From the NCBI GenBank assembly GCA_963733195.1, contig CAVTCR010000050.1, positions 1 to 64,000 of the forward strand: 64,000 nt of DNA. The letters run 5' to 3'. The first letter of the stretch is position 1. Every line of letters begins with the position of its first letter. This stretch comes from an uncultured delta proteobacterium (GTDB taxonomy: Bacteria > Desulfobacterota > Binatia > Bin18). The position numbers and the translations under genes were made by a program. Of this stretch, positions 1-10,258 are shown in pieces. Under the pieces are notes generated by a model. The model was not told the DNA's origin, searched no databases, and worked only from the letters and a program-made list of their open reading frames with translations.

Positions 1-2
1 TC

Positions 3-137
3 TTCATGTTCTGGCTCCTGGTTCAGTTGGTCGTATTGCTACACGAGCGCGTCGCCAAGCAATCGAAGTCCGGCTGGATTCTCATGGCCGCGGCGTGGGC
101 GGCGCTGGCCGCGGCAGGAATCCTGTTTTATGTATGA
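3..137 (+). CDS. 3' end of a membrane protein (partial, runs off window start)
   Basis: Open frame FMFWLLVQLVVLLHERVAKQSKSGWILMAAAWAALAAAGILFYV ending in TGA at 135-137; hydrophobic. Confidence 0.55.
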   Translation, partial: FMFWLLVQLVVLLHERVAKQSKSGWILMAAAWAALAAAGILFYV

Positions 138-195
138 TTACAGAGCGCTTGCCGCGGTCATGAATCGGTAATACCCGCTGCGTAGTCTGCGCGGC

Positions 196-770
196 ATGAA
201 AATCCTACCTATCGTATCCATCGTGGCCGCGGCGCTGGCCGCCGCGCCGGTCCTCGCACAGCAGCGGATCGTCAAGATCGACGGCTCGAGCACCGTGTTC
301 CCGGTGACCGAGGCGGTCGCCGAGGACTTCCAGAAGGCGAAGAAGCAGCAGGTCAAGGTGACGGTCGGCATCTCGGGCACCGGCGGCGGCTTCAAGAAGT
401 TCTGCCGCGGCGAGACCGACATCTCGAACGCCTCGCGCCCGATCCTGAAGGCCGAGATGGCCGACTGCGCCAAGGCGGGCATCGAGTACATCGAGCTGCC
501 GGTGGCGTTCGACGCGCTCACGGTGGTGATCAACCCGAAGAACACCTTCGTCAAGCAGCTCACCATCGCCGAGATGAAGAAGATGTGGGAGCCCGCGGCG
601 CAGGGCAAGGTGACGCGCTGGAACCAGGTCAATCCGCAATGGCCCGACGCGCCGATGAAGCTGTTCGGGCCGGCGCGGACTCGGGCACGTTCGACTACTT
701 CACCGAGGCGGTGGTCGGCAAGTCGAAGTCCTCGCGCGGCGACTTCACCGCCTCCGAGGACGACAACGTT
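196..770 (+). pseudogene. pstS: Phosphate ABC transporter substrate-binding protein PstS, frameshifted (~673) and truncated at ~770
   Basis: Signal peptide, then [28 protein letters not shown]; continues in another frame as [14 protein letters not shown]...TASEDDNV. Confidence 0.9.
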
Positions 771-856
771 CCGGCCTGGCCCTTGTCGTTCACGATCGGC
801 ACCGCCTTCAGCTTGTCCTTGTTCTCCACGTAGTACGCGTAGCCGAAATAGCCCAT
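771..856 (-). pseudogene. pstS: Inverted downstream fragment of the same pstS
   Basis: Minus strand reads [28 protein letters not shown], the PstS segment that normally follows EDDNV by about 10 residues; same high GC3. Confidence 0.8.
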
Positions 857-913
857 TTGTAGCTTCTCGCGTAAAGACGCTGCAGCCTACAACTCAACTT
901 TGTCAGCTACAGC

Positions 914-1664
914 TTACCGGTGATCCTCAACGTGCCGGGTGATTAACTCTTTCGCCTTCATCACAATCAGTTCTTCACGACGGCGTTTCGCTGGCGCAAT
1001 GCCTGGCAGGTCCGCTTTCACGTAGAGCTTATCACCTGAACTAGCTCTCGAGTTGAGGGGGATAGCCCGCGCTCGTGCGACGGCGCACATGGATAGGGCT
1101 CCGATTATGGTCAACAGTAAACTTGACGGTTCGGGCACACTGCTAATTCTGAGGTCGCCCTCGAGAGTATTGCCGCCGCTAATACTAACTGCAAGGAAAC
1201 AATTCATTGGTGTAGTGAAGTCATAAAAATTCACATTCGGTATATCACCAGTGAGATCACTGAGCCCTCGAGGTCAACTAGTTTGCCGCTACTCACAACA
1301 ATTTCAAAACGGTCAGTGAAAATACCGTTGGAAATCCAGAACCCACCAAAGAAATTGTCGGGATCACCTCCGTTTTGATCCCATGCTACACGGCCAATTT
1401 TAATAAAAAAATTAGAGACGGGGATATCAGTCTTAGTTCCATCGCTGCTGAGGACCGAGTCGTCAACGGTAAAACGTCCGACAAACGTATCGCCTATAGA
1501 TGACGCGCAGGGAAACTCGCCGAACATATCGCACAAAGCAGGATCTATGGATACGGTATCAACGGTGAGGGTGAAGTTGAAGTTGATAGGGGTGGCACTG
1601 GCAGGTGTCCCTACCAACCATGCGAAACCAACGGCGCACAATAAAGCGATTTGATCACTGCCAT
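914..1664 (-). CDS. PEP-CTERM sorting-domain protein (broken by ~2 frameshifts)
   Basis: AGGAGG RBS upstream of ATG 1664; signal peptide ...[11 protein letters not shown]; [24 protein letters not shown] = PEP motif + TM helix + basic residues. Confidence 0.8.
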
Positions 1665-1742
1665 AGTTTTCCCTCCTTTTCGTATGGATCAGCAGTTTAA
1701 GAGTTGTACCTTAGGGTTTAAATGTGTTAGCCCTAAAGTCTC

Positions 1743-3021
1743 CTACGGTGTCTGCTGTGTTTGTAGACCACTAGGGGCGAGTGGGGGACCACTAGGGGGA
1801 AGTGGGGGTGGAGTAGGGGAGATTGTAAGGGCCACCTCTTCTTAGAATCGAATCAGAAGGGTCTTTTTTGTAACGGTACACCCATGTTTCCGTGATTCCA
1901 CCTTTGCCTCCTCCCCCTCCTGTCACTCGCAGAAAAACAAAAATATTGTGCACAGGGTCGTAGCGGAGAAGAGGAGCTGCGCCTGCAATTCCCGTTGTTT
2001 GGGCCGGTACCGTGCCGCTATTGGGAAGCCTCTTCCATGTATTCGTCCTGAATATCGAAAGCCAAGACCACAAACCCTTGTGCGTCGATGCTGGATAACA
2101 ATGAGTATTTTGTTCTTTATGTCGTATGCGAGAGCTATCCGACTAGACTGGAGTGCTTCAGTTGGGGACACTAATTTCGGGTCAGAGTATCTTTCACTGC
2201 ATCATACTTCCACCACTTCCCCCCATCCAAAGGCGACGTGAAGGTGGAGGTCAGGAACATAAGTGCTATAAACAAACTCCCAGTTGGCAACTGGGGGCTG
2301 ACTGCGTAGTGTTATTTGTCCAGTTGGAGTTATTTTGTAGACTCCGCGCCGATAGCCGGTGACTACTAGTGGAAACGCTGCAATATCCGGGTCATAGTCA
2401 AAGAGATTTGGGCGGGCATTAGCCCAAAAGGCGTTTGTTCGAGGTACAATTGAGGTCCAAGTTTTCTGAGTCGGGTCATACGCCCAAAAACCAGAACTCA
2501 GAACTCCGACAAAGCAGCAAGACGGTCATGAGACTCAAAATCCCATGAGTGCTCGGTGTATGGCTTTCCAGTTAAAGTGACATACCTTGAACCAGCTCCG
2601 CCATACAAACCGTTACAGTCTTCCCAGTCGGAATTTGTAATCTCACAAACTTCAGGTCGATAGGATTGTGTCCAGATATCTGCTTCTAGGTCGTAAATTT
2701 CGACATCGTTCCCGGATGGCTTTGATGTCCGCCGCCAAAATAGAAAATTTTTCCCCATACTCCCATACTCTATCCCTGTATATGACCGTCCGGCAGGTGT
2801 CGCGGTCGTAACCGTTTTTCTCGTGGCCTTGCCGTCATTTTAAATTCAGCTCCAGTCCTTGGAGGTTTTTATCAGATCTATTTGAACCATCTCGCGGCTG
2901 CTGGTTGAGGATCAAGCTTGCGCCGAGTATAGCTCCTAAATAATTCCGGACGATATTGGCGCGGGCACACATTTGTGGAAAGAATAAGCCAAATCAAACT
3001 GGTGATAGTCAACACTCTCAT
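1743..3021 (-). CDS. Secreted Kelch-like beta-propeller protein (multiple frameshifts)
   Basis: Start MRVLTITSLIWLILST; fragments IFYFGGGH, GNDVEIYDLEADIW, LAYDIKNKILI, LRYDPVHNIFVFL, ETWVYRY; ends PPLAPSGLQTQQTP-stop at 1743. Confidence 0.55.
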
Positions 3022-5458
3022 ATGAAGATCCTTACATTGTGGTCATAGTTGATTGCCCCTTTACGGTTCCCAATCTGAAGACTAGTTGGCGGTGAAGGGG
3101 GCGTGGAGTATGAGGGGGTAGGAGCTGTATTGGCAGTAAAAAGAAGATGGGCATATGGAAGATCGCCCCTGGCATGTTCGTAGTAGGTGTTGGACGGGCG
3201 GAATCTGTTATTTAAGAACCGTCCTACTTGCAGATCTCCAGCAATCCGAATCGCATTCGGGTCACATGAGGAGGAACAAAACTTGGCTTTGCTCCCGCGA
3301 TCCCAATGGAGTTTAGCCCGGAGGAGATATTTTGAGTCACCACTCAGACGATACGCGCGGATGAGCGTGTCAATCATGTGACTCGTAAACGCCGGGTCAA
3401 TATAGGGAACAACAGCCGGATAAACGAACGGTTGAGCAATTGTCCTATTATAGAAATAATTATGCCATTGTTCCCCAGTGTAACTTGGAGAAGTTCGCAC
3501 GGCGAACTTACTACCTGTGTACAAATAGCCAGGAGAAAGTGCATATTGATAGGCGAACTTACCGAAGGCAACGAGGCGGTCGCGTGCGGTGATGTTCCCG
3601 GTTAGGGTATGGTAACGATCTAGTGCGTCAAATAATAGGGCAAGGTGAAATGCGCTTTAGGCCACGAGCGATACTGTCATCGGGTGAATTCCTAGTTCAC
3701 TTTCACGAAGCCGCCGCTTGAGAAATAGTATGTACCAAGCGATTCATCCCAGTCAGGAGATTGCAGCCAGAGTTGAGCGAGGTGGTTCATTTGAGCCTGC
3801 CACCGCGCGGAAAGCGTGCTCTCGTAGAGCCGGGTTATGAATAATAAATGTCTTGCTCCCTGGCGAAATCCATAAAACCCCATAGGATACGTTCCTGGCT
3901 TCTTTGAAGAGTAGACAAATTCGCTATTTTCCGCAATGTCAGTGGCGGCTTCGAGGGCGTCGCGGTCGCCCGTCAGATAGTAATAATCGATTAGTCCCCA
4001 CCCATACAGGTGATCAGCATTAAAGGTCAACGTGTCTATTTTTCCAATCGAAACGCTTTGTTGAAGGTAGGTAGAGTCCGCACTAGTCAGCGGAATCGTG
4101 ATTTCTTCCCTACTTCCCGAGAACATAAATCCATCGGTTCTAAAGGGATATTCCCATTTGAAGTAACGCGCCCATGCCACTGCTCGATCTAAGTATCCGC
4201 GTCGTCCAGTGCGAACAGCCATTATAATATTTTGCCATAGGTCATCAGCTTCACTATCGTTGTGTACATCGACATTCCGCCAGCTCACTGCGTAATCAGG
4301 TTTGTGAGCGTCGACTGGTTCTTGGGATACTGCCCATGTCCACCCCCATTGTTGGTATGTTCTCTTCTCGTCTTCCAGGGTATTGAACTTTGTGGTGCTT
4401 AATTCTCCATAGTTTGAATACCATGTCAGGAGACGCCAACGCGAACAGGGGGCTACGCGAGGCATTTGCACGTCGGGTTTGCTCTGTGGTTGAGAGTCCT
4501 CCAGCGAAATCCGCAATGAATGTTGCCCCATGGTAACTCAGATCCGGCAGCACCATGCCGCTATTCGAAGTCGTATCGATATCCCAGAGAGTGGCCGGAA
4601 CAAGTTCAAAAGTGAAACCTCCCGTTCCAATGTTCTCCCATGAGAGTGAACCTGGACGTGTGGCGCGTGCCGATCTACTTCCTGAACCGAGCCTTAGAAC
4701 CGCAGATTTAAGTTTCACATGTCGTTTGTTGGTTGATGAGTTACGAAGCAACTGCTCTACACGGATGAAACTCTGACCAGCATAGAAAGAGAATCGCGTA
4801 GTATAGGCGATGAACTCTCCCGAACCGTTGCGATAGCGACCGTCGATTCTGAGCGTCGCCCGAGTCGGACCTCGATATTCCCAAGTCACTTGGTCAGGAG
4901 CACCAGCATCCGGAGAATGTTTGACCTGAGGTGGCATCAACAATCTGAATATTATTTCCAGAAGATACCAGGGTCTGTTCGGCAGATGCAAAGGTTCCAT
5001 CATTGTCTTTATCAACCCATACTCCATCAAAGAGATTGAACGGGTTTTTCTTCAAGAGCACTTTGAGAGGGCCGGTAACCACGGTGATTTGGGTCGCGTC
5101 TTCAGTGATTGTTAGCGGCTTAGGGGGTGAAGCCGTTGACGCGGTATCACGAAGAGTCAGAGTTTTCTTCCCTGAAGCTGGGACGTCTACTTGGAAGTCT
5201 AACAAGATCCATGGGAGTGCGGCCTGGTAGCCGTGTAATTTGTACGGGAATTTGTTGTGCGCCGTCAAAAAGTGCCCACGTCGTAGTCTGGGTATTAGGT
5301 GGTAGCGGAACTCCGCTCGTGACGGGTTCATCTACGCGGGCAACCCCTGCTGGTTCTTCGAGGGTGAGAGGAATGTCCAAAGCCAAGGCTTGTAAGAGAA
5401 AAAAATGAAAGAAAAAAAAAGAAAGACTGGCAACAGAGAATGACATATGGTTTTTCAT
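3018..5458 (-). CDS. Large secreted protein resembling PcRGLX/YetA-type glycan lyases (N-terminal beta domains + helical barrel); >=5 frameshifts
   Basis: Consecutive fragments 5147-5458, 4894-5331, 4296-5030, 3692-4531, 3018-3524: signal peptide, EPVTSGVPLP, WILLDFQVDV, ITVVTGPL, HLYGWGLIDYYYLTGD, AYRLSGDSKYL. Confidence 0.6.
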
Positions 5459-5502
5459 TATGTACCCATACTTAGGGGATAGTGAATTGAGTATTTTCAC
5501 AC

Positions 5503-5551
5503 GAGGCCCGACTTGCGCACAGCAAAGGCGAGAGAAGCACTTGCGGGCCTC
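5503..5551. terminator. Intergenic inverted repeat, possible terminator/stabilising hairpin
   Basis: GAGGCCCG (5503-5510) ... CGGGCCTC (5544-5551), just after the stop at 5575. Confidence 0.35.
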
Positions 5552-5574
5552 CATGGTTTAAGGATGAGCGTCTA

Positions 5575-7414
5575 TTACCAGTTGCCAACTACCGGGAGAT
5601 CGCCAGGCTGCCCGAAAGGCCCAAGGCAACGGTCAGTGGTGCACCCGTCAAACTTTCCATTGCCGTTGAGATCAAGTTCCCATTGCTTAGAGACGGGATC
5701 AAAGATGCCAATTCGTGATTTGCCTGTCCCATTCCAGTCTCCACTGATCGGCAGGTCCCCAGAGACACCAAAAGGTCCATAGCAGCCATCAACAGTGCAG
5801 GCATCAACCTTGCCATTGCCATTTAGATCAAGGACCCACTTGCCAGTGGCCGGAGTAAAGGTGCCAATTCGGGTTTGTTTGGTACCGGTCCAGTCACCTA
5901 CTATAGCGACTTGGCTGGCATTTCCAAAAGGACCAGGGCAACCATCCCGGAGACAATCATCGTACTTCCCGTTGCCATTGTAGTCGAGTTTCCAGTTACC
6001 CGTCCCTGGGTTATAGAAGCCGAGCCTATCGGCAGGAAGATTTGTCTGCCAATGACCAGCTACTGGTGTGTACATACCGTTTCCATAAGGGCCAAGACAG
6101 ATGTCTATCTGGCAGCCTTCCCAGCGATCATTACCGTTGCCATCTAATTTCCACGTGGCCGTCTTTGGGTCGAAAACTCCGAGGTTGACTGCTCCCGTAC
6201 CTTTCCAGTCACCGACGACTGGTTTGCCCTCTTACCTGCAAGAAGGTATCAATACAGGCATCTATCGTACAATCATCTAACATCCCATTGCCGTTTAGAT
6301 CGAGGTACCACTTGCCTGTACTGGGGCGGAATACCCCAATTTTCACGCCTGGTCGCGCGAAGTTCGCCGTAACAATGCTACCCGTCTCCATGGTTATGGT
6401 GCAAGTTCCTGTCCCGCTACAAGCACCGCTCCAGCCGGCAAAGGTAGAGCCAGCAGCTGGGGTAGCGGTTAGGGTAACGACCTTGCCCGAGGCATACGGT
6501 TCGGCACAGTCGGTTCCGCAGTTCACCCCCGCTGGGTTACTAGTCACCGTGCCACTGCCGCTTCCTGTCTTCGTCACGGTCAACATGGCAGAGGTGGTCG
6601 TCGTAGTCGTAAAGGTAGCTGTACAGGTTTTTGCCGCAGTCATCGTGACGGAGCCATCCGTGCAATCCGCGTTCCCGCTCCAGCCTGCAAAGGTAGACCC
6701 GGTGGCAGGGGTGGGGGTCAAGGTGACGACCTTGCCCGAGGCGTACGATTCGGTACAGTCGGTTCCGCAGTTCACCCCCGTTGGGTTACTCGTCACCGGC
6801 CAGCCGTTCCCGGTCTTCGTCACGGTCAACATGGCAGAGGTGGTCGTAGTGGTCGTAAAGGTAGCTGTACAGGTTTTTGCCGCAGTCATCGTGACGGAGC
6901 CATCCGTGCAATCCGCGTTCCCGCTCCAGCCTGCAAAGGTAGACCCGGTGGCAGGGGTGGGGGTCAAGGTGACGACCTTGCCCGAAGCGTACGATTCGGT
7001 ACAGTCGGTTCCGCAGTTCACCCCCGTAGGGTTACTCGTCACCTCACCGTTCCCGGTCTTCGTCACGGTCAAAACAGCGGAGGAACTATCCGATGCAACA
7101 CCGCACACTTCGTTCGAGGGGGCTGACGAGCCAGCCGCGTTAAAAGCGAGAACTCGGTAACAATACGTCTTTCCAGTTTCGATCTCTGCATCGATGGCAG
7201 AAGTTATGTTGGCATCGACAATCTTGGCGACGACAAACGAACCTGTGGTGGTTGTCTTACGTTCGATCTTGAATCCGGCTTCATTTGTTGAGCCGTCTTG
7301 CCAGAGGAGTGTTAGTTGAGCGGCATTCGCGACGCCCTGGCACGCGAAGACGGTAAATAGGGGGAGAATAATAAACAGACCACGAGAAAACAGTTTCAGT
7401 AGAAACCCTTGCAT
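5575..7414 (-). CDS. Secreted surface protein: FN3-like domain + 3 InlB-B-like repeats + 5 FG-GAP-like DxNGNG/PVxGDW repeats (one frameshift ~6230)
   Basis: GAGG RBS; signal peptide ANA/AQ; LTLLWQD..YCYRVLAFNAAGSSAPSNE; 3x LTVTKTG..F.GWSG..C; ORFs 6209-7414 and 5575-6075 join through GKPVVGDWKGTG. Confidence 0.8.
6571..7072. repeat. Near-identical intragenic tandem duplication, period ~246 bp; third diverged copy ~6370-6570
   Basis: tcgtcacggtcaacatggcagagg at 6571 and 6817; gtagctgtacagg at 6615 and 6861. Confidence 0.9.
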
Positions 7415-8130
7415 TATACCTCCTCAGTAAACTCCGTACGCGACTACAACCTACAAGGGGTAGTATGCGTCCGGCAGCTCTGCGACCGTATCCCGATTTC
7501 CTGGAATGTAGGCCAGTTGCTTTGCGTCCCACCCTTTCGAGTGGTTTGCCCTTTTCAGACGGTAACCCAATTACTCTTCATCAGAAGACCTCTCAAGAAA
7601 ACTAATTACTCGAACGGCACCATTACAAAAATCTCTATACGCCTTCATCACTTACTCGTCGGTTGTTGATAGTAATACTTTACTTTTCCTTCGTAAGATT
7701 TTGATAACAAAAATATATTGTTATTTATTTATGCTCTGAATATTATCTGGATATGCCATTCTGTTTGGTAAACGATCGATTATTTTAGGAGCTTGATGTA
7801 TCTGAAGGGAAGTTCAAAAAAATACTCAACCAATCCAGAAGTATACAAGGAACTACTTACATAGAAATTCTTCCCGCCTAATATAAATAGAAACGAAAAA
7901 ATAACCAAAAACGAGATTGGGCGTTGGGGTTTATAACAGAATTGTTCTTCTACTACGTTACAAGATAGAGGTATTGGCACTATAGAAAGATTGATTTGGA
8001 GGCCTAGAGGATGCGAGAATTACACACCAATCTTATGGCTGGGGGTGTATCTAGTAGAATTAAAAGTAATCTTGAGACTATGACCAACGTTAATACTGTC
8101 GGCACTTTTCATGCGAGTACGGCGATGAGT

Positions 8131-8249
8131 TCCTTCTCCCTGCGGGAGAAGGACAGGATGAGGGGGAGAAAGAGCGGTAGTCTTTATTGCACTCCCTCAC
8201 CCTCGCCTCCTCCGACTACGCGAAGGATAAGCTCTCCCGGAGGGAGAGC
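8131..8249. repeat. REP-like palindromic element pair
   Basis: TCCTTCTCCC-TGC-GGGAGAAGGA..GATGAGGG, followed by the inverted CCCTCACCCT...GCTCTCCC-GGA-GGGAGAGC. Confidence 0.6.
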
Positions 8250-8468
8250 GAATATCCGCACGACCTTTTGCCCAACGTCAAAATTTGCGCCGATACACTA
8301 TTGAGACCAACGTAAAGAGGGGGGAATTGATCGTTTAGGATTGAGACCGTGCTCGAAACTGCTCGGTGGCGATGCGACCCTGACGGTGACCAGTATGGTA
8401 GAGCTATCGGAAGGAGAGAGAGCGGAAGGTGTAAAGATCTAACTACGTTCCAATTGGGACGTATATGT

Positions 8469-9881
8469 TCAATTGTACCGTACGATATCATCTTCGCCAA
8501 AGTACGAACCAGTCTGCACTTCAATAACTTCTAATAGTCCAGGCCCAGGATTTGCCAGCCGATGCACCGTGCCCTGTGGTATGTAGGTGGATTGATTAGC
8601 GTTCAGTAGGAACTCCTCTTCTCCATTGGTGACCCGGGCAGTGCCCTGGACGATGACCCAGTGCTCGTTCCGAAAGGAATGACGTTGCAGGCTTAGGGAG
8701 AAGCCTGGATTAACAACGAGCCGTTTCACCTTATAGTACGGCCGCTCCTCCAACACGGTATATGTTCCCCAGGGGCGTTGCACCGTCGGCAAGGAATCGG
8801 CTGTTGTTGTGCTAGGTGCGGGCAGACGTTGCCCGACAGTCTTCACTTCTTGGATATACTCCGGTGCACATACCAACACAGCATCTTCGGCCTCTACAAC
8901 CATCAGGTTGCTGAGTCCGATGGCTACAATAGGTCGGTGACTGCTGTAAATAAAGGAGTTTTTGCTTTCCACGACAAGTGTCTGGCCATGCACAGCATTC
9001 CCCCGTTCGTCCTGGGAAGAGAGTCGGTGAATAGCAGTCCATTCTCCGATATCTGACCATCCAATATCTGCTGGGACAACAACGAGCCGGGAGGATTTCT
9101 CTAAAACTCCGCTGTCGATCGAGATGGGTTCTAAACGAGGATATAATGAACCAAGAGTCATAGAGGTATTCCCGTTATGGAGGCTCAAAGAAATCTCTTG
9201 CAGCGTTGAAGCAAGGGGAGGGAGATAAGTGACAATTTCCTGCATGATGGTTGCGGCTTGCCACAGGAAAATTCCCGCGTTCCAATAATAACTATCGCTC
9301 GCGGCATATTCTTTGGCCAACGCTAGTGGTGGTTTCTCCACAAACCGCTCAACCTGGTACGCTTGGCTCTCTTGTGGTGACTGTGCATACCCCTGTCCTC
9401 GCTGAATATACCCGTATCCTGTTTCAGGACGAGAAGGCACGATACCGAACGTTACTAAAAACCCTTTTTCGGCCCAACCTAGAGAATTGTGCACGAGAGA
9501 AACAAACTCGCGGTCCTGCTCAATCCAATGATCTGCGGGGAGAACAAGCATTATCGCTTTAGGATCGATGTATTGCAGATGGACAGCAGCTAAGCCGATG
9601 GCAGCGGCTGTGTTGCGTCCTACTGGTTCAGTGACGATCTGGACTGTGTCGTTGGCGAAGTTTGGGAGCTGAGAGAGGTGTGCTCGTACCAACGGCTGAT
9701 GCTCGGTTCCGGTAACGATCCATACTCGCTCTGGGGGTATACTGCCTTCCAGGCGCAACAGCGTTTTTTGGAGCAAGGAGTGCTCACCCAGAAGAGCGAG
9801 AAACTGTTTAGGGGTGTTGGGGCGGCTAAGGGGCCATAAACGCGTTCCACCTCCGCCTGCTAAAATGACCACATGCAGCAT
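8469..9881 (-). CDS. manC: Mannose-1-phosphate guanylyltransferase/mannose-6-phosphate isomerase
   Basis: ILAGGGGTRLWPLSR..PKQF, EPVGRNTA, FVEKP, WSDIG; C-terminal cupin RPWG..LSLQRH..EHW. Confidence 0.95.
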   Translation of the reverse strand: MLHVVILAGGGGTRLWPLSRPNTPKQFLALLGEHSLLQKTLLRLEGSIPPERVWIVTGTEHQPLVRAHLSQLPNFANDTVQIVTEPVGRNTAAAIGLAAVHLQYIDPKAIMLVLPADHWIEQDREFVSLVHNSLGWAEKGFLVTFGIVPSRPETGYGYIQRGQGYAQSPQESQAYQVERFVEKPPLALAKEYAASDSYYWNAGIFLWQAATIMQEIVTYLPPLASTLQEISLSLHNGNTSMTLGSLYPRLEPISIDSGVLEKSSRLVVVPADIGWSDIGEWTAIHRLSSQDERGNAVHGQTLVVESKNSFIYSSHRPIVAIGLSNLMVVEAEDAVLVCAPEYIQEVKTVGQRLPAPSTTTADSLPTVQRPWGTYTVLEERPYYKVKRLVVNPGFSLSLQRHSFRNEHWVIVQGTARVTNGEEEFLLNANQSTYIPQGTVHRLANPGPGLLEVIEVQTGSYFGEDDIVRYN

Positions 9882-9949
9882 CTGGAATACCTCCTATGTG
9901 TCCGCAGCGCTCCTGTATTTTTAAATGAAATGATAGATGTTTTTTAAGG

Positions 9950-10104
9950 ATTGTATCGTCCCCTATACAATTGTCAAAAACTCTATTCCCATTCAAATCA
10001 AGTCGCCACTGACCTGTCCGTGGGGTAAAGGTCCCGATGCGTGTTATTCTTGTTCTCGTCTTATCGCCTACGACGGGTAGGTCTGTTGGCATGCCAATTT
10101 GCAC
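9950..10104 (-). pseudogene. Isolated degenerate copy of one DxNGN/PVVGD repeat
   Basis: DLPVVGDKTRTRITRIGTFTPRTGQWRLDLNGNRVFDNC matches AIVGDWTGTKQTRIGTFTPATGKWVLDLNGNGKVDAC at ~5800-5910. Confidence 0.65.
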
Positions 10105-10258
10105 CTATTGGTGCAATATCGTATCTTTAATGAATTCATTACTACGTATTCCGAGGTGATTTTTCGGGTGGTGGATTTGAGAGTATGATAAAATGACTGA
10201 GCCGTGGGAAAAAAGATAGCACCATTTGTCTTAGCGTTGTAGGAAAAGTCACAAGAAG

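Noticed and set aside
6288-7160. 290-aa plus-strand ORF with repeats
   Set aside because: Antisense shadow of the Thr/Gly-rich repeat protein
8100-8114. Sigma-54 promoter-like CGGCACTTTTCATGC
   Set aside because: Spacing is correct but it points at a REP element and the 3' end of manC, with no credible gene downstream
7415-8460. Short ORFs in the AT-rich gap upstream of the surface-protein gene
   Set aside because: No recognisable motifs; some run through the REP element
10087-10103. Sigma-54 promoter-like TGGCATGCCAATTTGC upstream of the exosortase
   Set aside because: GG-GC spacing is one base too long
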